Below are positions 1 through 8,662 of a stretch of 64,000 bases of DNA, one piece after another. Every line of letters starts with the position of its first letter. Within the stretch, counting starts at the first letter, position 1. The position numbers and the translations under genes are program-made. The stretch is from an uncultured virus (IMG/VR IMGVR_UViG_3300046096_000178) (lineage: Duplodnaviria; Heunggongvirae; Uroviricota; Caudoviricetes). The stretch lies in IMG/VR virus record IMGVR_UViG_3300046096_000178, one strand, 5' to 3'. The notes under the pieces were generated by a model, which was not told where the DNA came from, did not search any database, and worked only from the letters and a program-made list of their open reading frames with translations.

Positions 1-64
1 TCCCAAAACGGCCCTCCCCTAATCTGACCCGGCACTGCCAAAATCCGGTTATAATCACCCCCAC

Positions 65-556
65 ATGAAAAAACGACCAATCAGAATCGACGGAGACACC
101 GCTTACGTGCCCCTAAAAAACGGCCAAGAAGCCACCATCGACGGCAAGCATGCAGCCAAGGTTGGGCAGCACAATTGGTGTCTGGACGGCAAAGGTTACG
201 TCGTCACGGCTGCACCTCTTGGTAACGGTAAGTACAGGACACTACTGCTACACAGACTTGTCATGGGCGAGCCAGACGCAGAGGTAGGACACAAGGACCA
301 CAACCACACGGACAACCGAGAGTCCAACCTGCACGTAACGACGACCGCAAAAGCGGCCCAGAACGCGAAGCTGTCACGCGCAAATAAATCAGGCCGAAAA
401 GGGGTCTCTTGGCACCGCACCGCCCAAAAGTGGCAAGCCAAAATCATGTTTTTCGGTAAAAACACGCACTTAGGATACTTCACCGACCTAGAAGCTGCAG
501 CACAAGCGTACAAAGAAGCCGTACTCAAACACCAACAAGAACCCCAACATGCGTAA
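65..556 (+). CDS. HNH endonuclease-AP2 domain protein, probably catalytically degenerate
   Basis: LHRLVM..H.D.N..DNR.SNL motif followed by AP2-like SGRKGVSWH...KWQAKI...HLGYF...AAQAY; paralog of 3008..3496. Confidence 0.85.
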   Translation: MKKRPIRIDGDTAYVPLKNGQEATIDGKHAAKVGQHNWCLDGKGYVVTAAPLGNGKYRTLLLHRLVMGEPDAEVGHKDHNHTDNRESNLHVTTTAKAAQNAKLSRANKSGRKGVSWHRTAQKWQAKIMFFGKNTHLGYFTDLEAAAQAYKEAVLKHQQEPQHA

Positions 557-857
557 GACCCTTGCCCAACTCGTCACACCCGAACAGCTAGACGCGCTGT
601 ACCATCGAACCTTGACCGTGCGCCAGCTCGCCAAGGACCTTGGTTACTCGGAATCATGGGTAGGCAAGAGCTTGCCCGCCCGCGCACCCAGACGTGACCC
701 CAAACTCCTACGCAAAACGCGCATCGAGTTCCAAAATCAAATCGTGGCACAGTATTTGTCACAGGGGATTTCAGCGAAGCAGGCCGCAGCCATGTCCTTC
801 ACCAGCCCCAGAACCTTCTTCCGACGTTTGAAAGATTACAAAAATGGCCAGTCTTGA
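549..857 (+). CDS. Small HTH-type DNA-binding protein
   Basis: Two HTH-like segments (TVRQLAKDLGYSESWV; SAKQAAAMSFTSPRTFFRRL); overlaps both neighbours. Confidence 0.55.
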   Translation: MRKTLAQLVTPEQLDALYHRTLTVRQLAKDLGYSESWVGKSLPARAPRRDPKLLRKTRIEFQNQIVAQYLSQGISAKQAAAMSFTSPRTFFRRLKDYKNGQS

Positions 858-1185
858 CGAAATCTACGCGCAAAAGAAGGCCGCACCTCCCCCACCAGAG
901 GCCAAAGACGGCCCACTTGACCTACATGCTGAGCTTCTGCTCCAGTACCAAAAGGCCAAGGACATGCTGCAGGATGCCGAAATTTCAGACGAGCCCTTGA
1001 ATTACAGGGTACAAGCCTTGAACGCTATCGGGTCAGTCATCTCCCAACTTGTGAAGTTGCAGAGTGATTTACACACGTTGGAAAACATACAAAAAATTGA
1101 GAGTGCCTTGATTGATACCTTAAAAGCAATGCCAGAAGTGCGAGAAACCTTCTTAGAGCACTACAAAGGGGTGCTAAAAGTATGA
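844..1185 (+). CDS. Putative terminase small subunit (module A)
   Basis: Small helical protein directly upstream of and ATGA-coupled to the large terminase; positional inference. Confidence 0.5.
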   Translation: MASLDEIYAQKKAAPPPPEAKDGPLDLHAELLLQYQKAKDMLQDAEISDEPLNYRVQALNAIGSVISQLVKLQSDLHTLENIQKIESALIDTLKAMPEVRETFLEHYKGVLKV

Positions 1186-2852
1186 TTTTAGACCACTTTC
1201 AGCGCTTGTCCGACGGGGCGAGGGATGTATATCACCTAAACAATTTGTCCGAGTGGATTGAAAAGTATATCTACTTGGAGGGCAAACTCATGTCGATGAG
1301 CGGTAAGTATTCGTTCCAAGCTGATATTGTAAACAATACAAGTAGAGTGACAAATACAGTTAAATGCGCTCAAATCGGCTTGACAACCTCAACACAGGCT
1401 TACTTCTTGGCTGCTTTAGCTACTCAACCTAAGTTTAACTGTATTTATGCCTTGCCAACAGCGTCTGATGCAGCAAAACTAACGACAACCAAGGTAAATC
1501 CCCTGATTTATGGCAGCCCAAGGCTTAAATCTACGCTTAATAAAGAGGTCGATTCTGTAGAATTAAAACAATTTGGGGACAATTTTTTGTTCACGCGGGG
1601 TTCTAAGTCTGAAACAGCCGCCTTGTCCATTAGCGCGGATTGCCTGGTTATAGATGAGTTAGACAGATGTGACGAGAACGTCGTTAAACAGTTCCGGTCC
1701 CGCCTACAGGCGAGCCAACTTGGCATTATTAAGCAATTCTCGACGCCCACTATCCGGGGTATCGGTATCTCCCGCGAGGCCGAAGCGTCAAAGCGCTTCA
1801 GAAGTATGGCCACCTGTGCCCACTGCAGCCACAAGTGGCTGCCGACTTACGAGTTGGACATCAGGATACCGGGATTCAAAGGCGAGCTAGAGGACTTGGA
1901 CAAGCACAACATCATTAACACTCGCTGGCAGAAGGCCCACTGGGCATGCCCACACTGCGGACTTGACCCCAAGCTCACTCGCCACAGCTTGGAGTGGGTG
2001 TGCGAAAACCCAAACGAGAATTACGAGGCCAACACTTTTTACGTGGGGCCGGTGACTTGCTGTGAGGTACTGAAGCCCAGCTACTTGGTTCGCACCTCTA
2101 CCGAATTCGCTACCCGCGCCGAGTGGAAAAATCAGGTGCTTGGGTTAGAGGCGGAGGATAGTAATGAGCAAATTACAGATTCTGATGTAGAATCTGCTAT
2201 GATTCACGCCGACCTAGCCAGTTCCGAGATAAGCTATTTTGGAGCCGACATGGGCCTTCTATGTCACATCGTAATCGGTAGACGTACACAGGCAGGTGAG
2301 TTACTGGTAATTCACAGAGAGTCGGTACCTGTAAATCAGTTTACTACTAGGCGTTCAGAGTTAATTCGACAGTACCGCTGCGCTGTAAGCGTAATGGATG
2401 CTTTCCCATATACACCTATGGTAGGGGCTATTACAGACTTCGATGTGAATGCTTACGGTGCAGACTTCTCTACAGGTAAAAACGTGGAACTGTTCACCAT
2501 CAAAGAGAAAGAGGCAAACGCTGAAGAAGGCAAGCTGAACCTACGCTTGGCCCGAATTAACAGGACACGAGCGCTTGACGAATTGATGTTGCTGTTCAAG
2601 GGGCGAAAGATACTCATCAGCAAGAAGTCTGACGATGATGATAAGAAACTGAAGGCGCACATCTTGTCGATGAAACGGACCCAGACCTTCAAGGGCGATG
2701 AGCTGATGTACACATGGGTGAAAAGCGACGGGGTGGACCACTTCTTCTTGGCCATGCTGTACATGTACGTGGCGACCTTGTTAAGGGGGACTGTGAGCCC
2801 GGTGAATACGGGCAATGTGCCCCTCGTGACGAGTTTTGCGGTGCGGAAATAA
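1182..2852 (+). CDS. terL: Terminase large subunit, lambda GpA-like (module A)
   Basis: KCAQIGLT Walker A variant, LVIDELD Walker B, FSTPT coupling motif, CxxC pairs, nuclease GADMG and DHFFLA motifs. Confidence 0.92.
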   Translation: MILDHFQRLSDGARDVYHLNNLSEWIEKYIYLEGKLMSMSGKYSFQADIVNNTSRVTNTVKCAQIGLTTSTQAYFLAALATQPKFNCIYALPTASDAAKLTTTKVNPLIYGSPRLKSTLNKEVDSVELKQFGDNFLFTRGSKSETAALSISADCLVIDELDRCDENVVKQFRSRLQASQLGIIKQFSTPTIRGIGISREAEASKRFRSMATCAHCSHKWLPTYELDIRIPGFKGELEDLDKHNIINTRWQKAHWACPHCGLDPKLTRHSLEWVCENPNENYEANTFYVGPVTCCEVLKPSYLVRTSTEFATRAEWKNQVLGLEAEDSNEQITDSDVESAMIHADLASSEISYFGADMGLLCHIVIGRRTQAGELLVIHRESVPVNQFTTRRSELIRQYRCAVSVMDAFPYTPMVGAITDFDVNAYGADFSTGKNVELFTIKEKEANAEEGKLNLRLARINRTRALDELMLLFKGRKILISKKSDDDDKKLKAHILSMKRTQTFKGDELMYTWVKSDGVDHFFLAMLYMYVATLLRGTVSPVNTGNVPLVTSFAVRK

Positions 2853-2883
2853 ATCTGCGCAGACCGCGAGGTTATGGTATAAA

Positions 2884-2994
2884 CGCACTTGGGATTGGAG
2901 TCCCAACGTGCGGTCAGCGAGCTTCTAGTGTTTTGCTGGCCCTCCTTTAAGCCACCGCCGCTAAACTCCAGACTGGAGAAGCCGGCAAAACACT
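2884..2994 (+). ncRNA. Putative structured RNA leader upstream of the HNH gene
   Basis: Hairpin CGCACTTGGGA-TTGGAG-TCCCAACGTGCG, then a 14-bp stem (2927-2940/2981-2994) enclosing ACTCCA, which is complementary to the first hairpin's TGGAGT. Confidence 0.5.
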
Positions 2995-3007
2995 GAAAGT
3001 TTGGAAC

Positions 3008-3496
3008 ATGGAAAAACGACCAATTAGAATTGAGGGTGAAATAGGATACGTGCTCTTAGCCGACGGCACAGAGGCTACTATAGATGCTGAAGATGCGGAA
3101 TTAGTTGGACAGTATAATTGGTGCCTTAGTGGCGGCTACGTAGTGACATATCGGCCCCTAGGACTGCTCAGGCTGCACAGACTTGTAATGGGAGACCCAG
3201 AGGGAAAGTTTATTGACCACCGAAATGGCAATAAACTTGATAATCGAAAAGCCTTTTTGAGGCCTGCGACGAATGCAGAGAACCAATACAACCAAGGAAT
3301 TCCTAGCCGTAACACCTCCGGCCACAAAGGAGTCCACTGGCACAAGCGAGACCAGAAATGGAGCGCCCAAATCAGGCACGAAGGCAAGCAGATACATCTA
3401 GGCTACTTCACAGACCTCGAAGATGCAGCTCAAGCATATCGAGAAGCGGCCGTGAAATACCACAAAGAATTTGCAAACTCAGGAACACCAACATGA
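3008..3496 (+). CDS. HNH homing endonuclease with AP2 domain
   Basis: IDHRNGNKLDNR...ATNAENQYN motif plus AP2 domain; free-standing between terminase and portal. Confidence 0.9.
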   Translation: MEKRPIRIEGEIGYVLLADGTEATIDAEDAELVGQYNWCLSGGYVVTYRPLGLLRLHRLVMGDPEGKFIDHRNGNKLDNRKAFLRPATNAENQYNQGIPSRNTSGHKGVHWHKRDQKWSAQIRHEGKQIHLGYFTDLEDAAQAYREAAVKYHKEFANSGTPT

Positions 3497-5217
3497 ACCC
3501 CTTCAAAGCCCTCTGGCAAGCCGCTACATTGCAGCCCCCGCCACTGCCCAAGGCCCCAAATGCGCCAATATCCCTCCCCGGCTATCGGACAGATGTAACT
3601 CCGTCAACAAGCGCGAAGACAAGAACGGAGCGCAACCTCAAGAGCTTAGACCGCCTGACTGACCTTCGAAGCCGCTCAACCACGAGCCAGGTTCTGCGTG
3701 AGGCCTCAATCCAGTCCGCCGAGCTGTCCGCAGCCATTTACCTTGCAATTCGCACGGGCATCCCCGAACACTTCACAGTTATCGGCAGAGACCTAGACGG
3801 CAAGGTAGACCCAAATGCCACGGCCTTGGCGCACGAACTCCTACGCCGCTTGACCTACCTCGGCGCTGCTGATGGAAGTTTCGGCCCCCAACAGGGGCTG
3901 CAGTCCATCAGCGAAACCTTGGCCAGAGACTTGCTGCTCGAAGGGGCTGCATGCCTTGAGGTAGCGCTTGATAAAGCCCGCATCCCAGCCAGCTTGAACG
4001 TGATTGCGCCCCCAACCCTGGTATTTTACGAGGAAGATAATTCGTTCAGACTAGCCCAGAAAGTAGGTGGAGATGAAATCTCTCTGGACCTCGCCACTGT
4101 CATCTACACCAGCGTAGACCAAAGCTCCAGCCAGCTACACCCAACTAGCCCATTAGAATCAAGCATTAAAGCGATTATCGCTGATATAGATTTTAACCAA
4201 GACATGTCTAGAGTGCTCAAGCGGGCCATCCTACCCCGCTTGTCTGCCAGTATAGATACAGACAAGCTCAAGAAAATGACACCACCAGAGATTCTAGCAG
4301 ACCCCGAGAAGTGGGCCACGTACCAGAATACTGTTATTTCTGCAGTACAGAGCGTGGTCAACAATTTGAGCCCAGAAGACGCTTTAGTCTCTTTCGACAT
4401 GGTGTCCTACGCCTACTTAGACGGTGGCCATAGCCCCGGCGACATCCTAGAACAGGTACAGAAGGTATTGAACGCAAAGTTAGCGTCGGGCGTGAAGACC
4501 TTGCCAGTAGCCTTGGGCTTCGGTAGCTCTGCCAATGCCAGCTCAACAGAGTCCCTGCTGTACCTCAAGTCTTCTGACATGCTGCGCCGGAAATTGAACG
4601 AGGTCTACAGCCGAGCCCTGACAGTGGCCATCCGTATTATGGGGGTTGACGGGTATGTAGAATTCGCTTACGAAGAGCTCGACCTGCGCCCTGCCAAGGA
4701 ACTTGAAGCGTTCAAGAGTATGGAGCAGTCACGTATCCTTGACCTGCTGTCTCTAGGCCTATTGGACGATAACGAATGTAGCCTAAAACTCACCGGCCAG
4801 TTGCCTCCAGCAGGTTACACGCCCAAGAGCGGAACCATGTTCCGCAGTACACAGGCACAAGCGCCGATTGCAAATCCGGCCAGCGGGACCTCCACGACCC
4901 CAAAACCTGACACACCTCAGCAGCCCAAAGGCCCACCAGCAAAAGCAGAAGTGGACCCCAACTTGGCCTTGGCACATGCCCAAAGCGAGCAGGCGAACGA
5001 GACTACAAAGCAGGCCTTGAAGGCAATGCAAGACCTCACCTATGTGATGAGTCAGCAGAACCAAAAGCCCACACAAGTCCACATGCAGCAGGACCCCATC
5101 GAACTAAACTTGAGTATTGCACCGGAGGCTAAGTCACCGACCAAGCGCAAAGTCAAAATCATTCGTGACAAAGACGGCCGTCTCTCAGATTTCGAGGTGA
5201 GCGATGCACAACAGTGA
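3493..5217 (+). CDS. Portal protein (module A) with C-terminal extension
   Basis: Position after terL, ~574 aa from ATG 3493 (AGGA RBS, overlaps HNH stop); helical core, Pro/Gln-rich linker, C-terminal RDKDGR motif. Confidence 0.8.
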   Translation: MNPFKALWQAATLQPPPLPKAPNAPISLPGYRTDVTPSTSAKTRTERNLKSLDRLTDLRSRSTTSQVLREASIQSAELSAAIYLAIRTGIPEHFTVIGRDLDGKVDPNATALAHELLRRLTYLGAADGSFGPQQGLQSISETLARDLLLEGAACLEVALDKARIPASLNVIAPPTLVFYEEDNSFRLAQKVGGDEISLDLATVIYTSVDQSSSQLHPTSPLESSIKAIIADIDFNQDMSRVLKRAILPRLSASIDTDKLKKMTPPEILADPEKWATYQNTVISAVQSVVNNLSPEDALVSFDMVSYAYLDGGHSPGDILEQVQKVLNAKLASGVKTLPVALGFGSSANASSTESLLYLKSSDMLRRKLNEVYSRALTVAIRIMGVDGYVEFAYEELDLRPAKELEAFKSMEQSRILDLLSLGLLDDNECSLKLTGQLPPAGYTPKSGTMFRSTQAQAPIANPASGTSTTPKPDTPQQPKGPPAKAEVDPNLALAHAQSEQANETTKQALKAMQDLTYVMSQQNQKPTQVHMQQDPIELNLSIAPEAKSPTKRKVKIIRDKDGRLSDFEVSDAQQ

Positions 5218-5593
5218 ACACCTACTCTCGTTCTTTAAGGGCGAGCACAGGGCATCAGACCTGTATAAGCTTGCCCTGTTTTTGGAGAAGCCGGGCGAGG
5301 CGTACTCCCGCACAGGTGAAGTAAAAGGGCCGGGTTACATCGCAGGGGGTAAAGACCTGCCCAAGGCAGAGTATGAGGCTTCCGAAAAGTCTGTTTGGAT
5401 GACCTTCAGCGGTTCCATTGTTTGGCCCGGTAGCTCGATAGCCGCTCGCTACGCTATGATTTACAACCACCGCTCGAAGGCCCTCGTACACGTCGAGGAC
5501 TTCGGCAAGCTGAAGTCGTCTGAGAATGACCGATTTACCGTAGACCTGCCCGGAACTGAAGAGCCGCTGATAAAAGTCGTGCTGAGTGCCTAA
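5204..5593 (+). CDS. Small conserved phage virion-associated beta protein
   Basis: YKLALF...YS.TGEV.G.GY.AGG..L pattern familiar from phage structural regions; overlaps the portal end. Confidence 0.55.
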   Translation: MHNSEHLLSFFKGEHRASDLYKLALFLEKPGEAYSRTGEVKGPGYIAGGKDLPKAEYEASEKSVWMTFSGSIVWPGSSIAARYAMIYNHRSKALVHVEDFGKLKSSENDRFTVDLPGTEEPLIKVVLSA

Positions 5594-5664
5594 AGATTGA
5601 CAGTAGCTCACCATACCCCTGAAGGTTAGAATCAGCGTATTAAGGTACCTTCAGGAGTTAGTTC

Positions 5665-7362
5665 ATGCCTATTGCAACAGATTTCGAGATTCAAGCGGAC
5701 AAAGACATCCGCTACATCGGCGCAGCCCACGGCGCGTCCGGTGCGGGTTATTACAACGTCATTGAGTTTCACCGCTGGTTGCAAGACCTCGCTGACGACG
5801 CCGTAGCGAGTGGCGATGACTACATGGACATTACGCGGTTGACGCCCTCTGAGCGTTCGACCGACAACATTATCACGCTCATCAACGGGTTCAATATCGA
5901 CGATATTGCCAGTGAGCACCTGTTCGATGGTTCTATTATCCAGACCAACGGCGACGTAATTTATGACGGCTTGCTGGTGTACGCGAATGCTGGTATGGAC
6001 ATGCAAGTGGTGCAGAACGGTGCCATCATTGTCAACGACTTCTGGAACACCATCCCATTCGGCGGCTCCTTGAAGGGCCTGAACGCCAACGCTGCAAACG
6101 GAATCTCACACCGTTTCATGTTGAAAGTGCGTACGGCGGCTGCAGACATCGACGGACGACGCCTGCTGACGCAGACCCGTGTGTGGGGAAAGACCTTCTC
6201 CCAGTTCCCGATTAACGGAACTTCCCGTGGTAATAACGTGGCGGCCTTGACGTACGCTGACGACTTGAACAACCAGACAGTCGTAGGTACCATCGCCGGT
6301 TACAACTCCATCGCCAACTTGAGCGAAGGTTACAACGGAATTGACGTTGACAACAACTCGGTCAGTGAGTTCTATTACTCCAAGTGGGACCGTGATACCT
6401 ACACAATCAACCAGTTTTACGAGCGCATGAAGTGGTTGACTCGCCAAGAGTCCGCCAGCACCATCTACGGCTTGAACGGCGAGTTGTTCCGAGGTATCAC
6501 GCACCAGTTTGCCTATGATGCTGAAGCTAGTGGACCATTCGTGCAGGCAACCCCAGTAACTTGGGGCTCTGGCGCCACAGCCGGCACCGGCCAACTCTTG
6601 GCCCTGCTGGACAGCGGCACCACAGGCACCATGTGGATTCAGTTGTTGACTGGCGTGATTCCGACCGACAACATGACCATCAACCAGGCAGGAGGCAAGA
6701 CCTGCTTGGTGAACGGTACCGTGACCGAGCGTACGCTCAGCTTCCCATTCTGCGGTGTCTCCACCGGCTCCGCTCTGATTGGTGCTTACGGTTTCGCGCT
6801 GGAAGCAACAGACTTGGCTGCGACAGACAAAGTGTTCGACTTGACCAACACCCAGCGCACACCGCCAAACTATGTGACCTTCACGGTCGGAGGCTTGGTG
6901 TCCGGCGAAGACTACGTGCTGGTTGGTCCAGAGTCCGGCGGCGTACTGAACGAAGCTCAGTTCACCCTGAATGGAGCCTTGTCAGGTGCTGCAGTTACCG
7001 CCGTAGTCGTCAACGGGTCTATCCCACTTGACACACCTTCTACTGGAACCATCCGTATTCTGCGGGCTAACGGTGTTTACACTCGTCATGCTTACTCCGC
7101 ATGGAGCGGCTCCACCTTTACCATTACGTCCACCAACTTTAGCACCAACGGCGCTGCTAATGCTGCTAACACGTACATCAGCTACATCGACGTATTGGCC
7201 AGCTCCTCAACAGCCAGCTTCACTTCCGTGTACTCTAGCAACCGTGGACTGTACATCCGTGTTCGTGACGGTGGTGGCTCTCCAATCAAGACCTTTGAGA
7301 CTACTGGTACCTTGGGTTCTGCTGGAGGCTCTGCAACCGCGATTCGTACTTCCGACACGTAA
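5665..7362 (+). CDS. Large beta-rich putative virion accessory protein (565 aa)
   Basis: AGGAG RBS; Gly/Thr/Ser-rich; lies in the portal-protease interval. Confidence 0.6.
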   Translation: MPIATDFEIQADKDIRYIGAAHGASGAGYYNVIEFHRWLQDLADDAVASGDDYMDITRLTPSERSTDNIITLINGFNIDDIASEHLFDGSIIQTNGDVIYDGLLVYANAGMDMQVVQNGAIIVNDFWNTIPFGGSLKGLNANAANGISHRFMLKVRTAAADIDGRRLLTQTRVWGKTFSQFPINGTSRGNNVAALTYADDLNNQTVVGTIAGYNSIANLSEGYNGIDVDNNSVSEFYYSKWDRDTYTINQFYERMKWLTRQESASTIYGLNGELFRGITHQFAYDAEASGPFVQATPVTWGSGATAGTGQLLALLDSGTTGTMWIQLLTGVIPTDNMTINQAGGKTCLVNGTVTERTLSFPFCGVSTGSALIGAYGFALEATDLAATDKVFDLTNTQRTPPNYVTFTVGGLVSGEDYVLVGPESGGVLNEAQFTLNGALSGAAVTAVVVNGSIPLDTPSTGTIRILRANGVYTRHAYSAWSGSTFTITSTNFSTNGAANAANTYISYIDVLASSSTASFTSVYSSNRGLYIRVRDGGGSPIKTFETTGTLGSAGGSATAIRTSDT

Positions 7363-7562
7363 TGGAAAACGAGCTCGAAGAGAAGCTGAAATGTGCCTTT
7401 GCTGACGCAGGGGCACAAATCGGTGCCCTGTTGCGTTGCATGATTGCCGCAGAAGTTGCTTCCCATATGGCTCGTGTAGAACAATTAAATGCAGTGCTGA
7501 ACGGCACTGTATGTGCAGAATCACAAAGCACTCCGCTAGGTGAAGAGTCGCCTGCTGCTTGA
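7362..7562 (+). CDS. Cassette gene 1: small helical Cys-containing protein (homolog of 57844..58020)
   Basis: NELEEKL.C...DAGAQIG.LLRC.I.AEV...QL.AVLNGT.C shared with the second copy. Confidence 0.8.
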   Translation: MENELEEKLKCAFADAGAQIGALLRCMIAAEVASHMARVEQLNAVLNGTVCAESQSTPLGEESPAA

Positions 7563-7585
7563 GTGCAGGCAATAAAGGAGTTCTC

Positions 7586-8440
7586 ATGGAAGATTACAAT
7601 GAAGACCTAACGGTCCTAGTCCAGTGTTTGGCCGCTACGTTTGGTACCGAAGTAGGTAGTGCTGTAAAAGACAAGTTTGACCAAGTGCTGGCACTTGGTG
7701 AAGTTGACATTAACGCCCTGCAAGCTCAGATCACAGCTCTGAACGCCCTGTTGGCTGCTAACACCTCTGGCGACACTTTGACTGCTCAGTCAATCTTGGC
7801 TCAGTTGGCTGCTCTGGATTCCCGTTTGGACGTTTTGGAAGGCTCTACCGCACTTGCTGACCTGCAATCTGCTGTAACCGTTATCCAGAATGCTCTGACC
7901 TCGGAAACTGCTGCTCGTGAAGCTGCTGACGCTGCTAACGCTGCTACTATCGCTTCTGCCGAAACCGCTATCGCCGCCTTGGCTGCACAAGTTGCAACCT
8001 TGGAAGCCGCTGGCCCAGGTACTTCCGGCTGTGACTGCGTTGCCATCAACGCTGCCATCGCTGAGCAAGCTACCGCCTTGGCAAACCTGCAAGCTTCTGA
8101 CGCTGCTCAAGCAACTCAAATCGCTGCTCTGCAGACTGCTGTTCAAGGTCTTTCGGTTAATACCGCAGCTATCACTGCTGCTACCGAAGCTGCTGCTGCT
8201 GCCCAAGCCGCTGCTGCTGCTGCCCAAGCTACCGCTTCTGCTGCCCAGTCCGCTGCTCAAGCTGCTGCTACTGCAGCAGCCGCTGCTCAGGCTGCTGCTG
8301 ACGGCGCTGCCGGTGCTGCTGGTGCTGCTGGTATCAGCATCCACACGCTGAAGCTGGAAATCAAGAACATCAACTGCGCTGCTGTCGGAGCTTCGTTCCG
8401 TAACGCTATGCGTGCTCAGATGTTTGCACCTGCCAACTAA
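7586..8440 (+). CDS. Cassette gene 2: Ala-rich heptad coiled-coil protein (homolog of 58047..58928)
   Basis: AAAGGAG RBS before ATG 7586; heptad Ala/Gln repeats; CDC motif; strong GCT codon bias. Confidence 0.85.
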   Translation: MEDYNEDLTVLVQCLAATFGTEVGSAVKDKFDQVLALGEVDINALQAQITALNALLAANTSGDTLTAQSILAQLAALDSRLDVLEGSTALADLQSAVTVIQNALTSETAAREAADAANAATIASAETAIAALAAQVATLEAAGPGTSGCDCVAINAAIAEQATALANLQASDAAQATQIAALQTAVQGLSVNTAAITAATEAAAAAQAAAAAAQATASAAQSAAQAAATAAAAAQAAADGAAGAAGAAGISIHTLKLEIKNINCAAVGASFRNAMRAQMFAPAN

Positions 8441-8450
8441 AGCGGACGAG

Positions 8451-8475
8451 GGTGGGGCCTAGGCCCCACCTTTTT
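8451..8475 (+). terminator. Intrinsic terminator after cassette gene 2
   Basis: GGTGGGGC-CTAG-GCCCCACC followed by TTTTT. Confidence 0.8.
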
Positions 8476-8658
8476 ATGCAGACACCAGACTTCAAATACA
8501 TTGTGCTACGCAGAGCTGAAAGGCTTGAGGTATGCGCCACTTGTCCAGAAAAGAAGCAATCTTATGGGTTTGAAGTGTGTGGTTTGTGCAATTGCGTCTT
8601 GGCTGGGAAGGCTACTCTTCCGACCAACGGATGCCCCCTTAAAAAATGGAAAGAGTGA
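8476..8658 (+). CDS. Cassette gene 3: 60-aa six-cysteine protein (DUF6171-like pattern; homolog of 58964..59146)
   Basis: RLEVCxxCPE...CGLCNC.LAGK......CP...W. Confidence 0.75.
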   Translation: MQTPDFKYIVLRRAERLEVCATCPEKKQSYGFEVCGLCNCVLAGKATLPTNGCPLKKWKE

Positions 8659-8662
8659 CCCT

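Noticed and set aside
7586..8440. Type I antifreeze-protein-like Ala-rich helix
   Set aside because: The periodicity is 7 (coiled coil), not the 11-residue Thr spacing of type I antifreeze proteins.
3358..8662. Upstream ORF-track starts (3358, 7559, 8452, 8501)
   Set aside because: They overlap other genes or terminators; later ATGs (3493, 7586, 8476, 8663) fit RBS, coupling or homolog length better.
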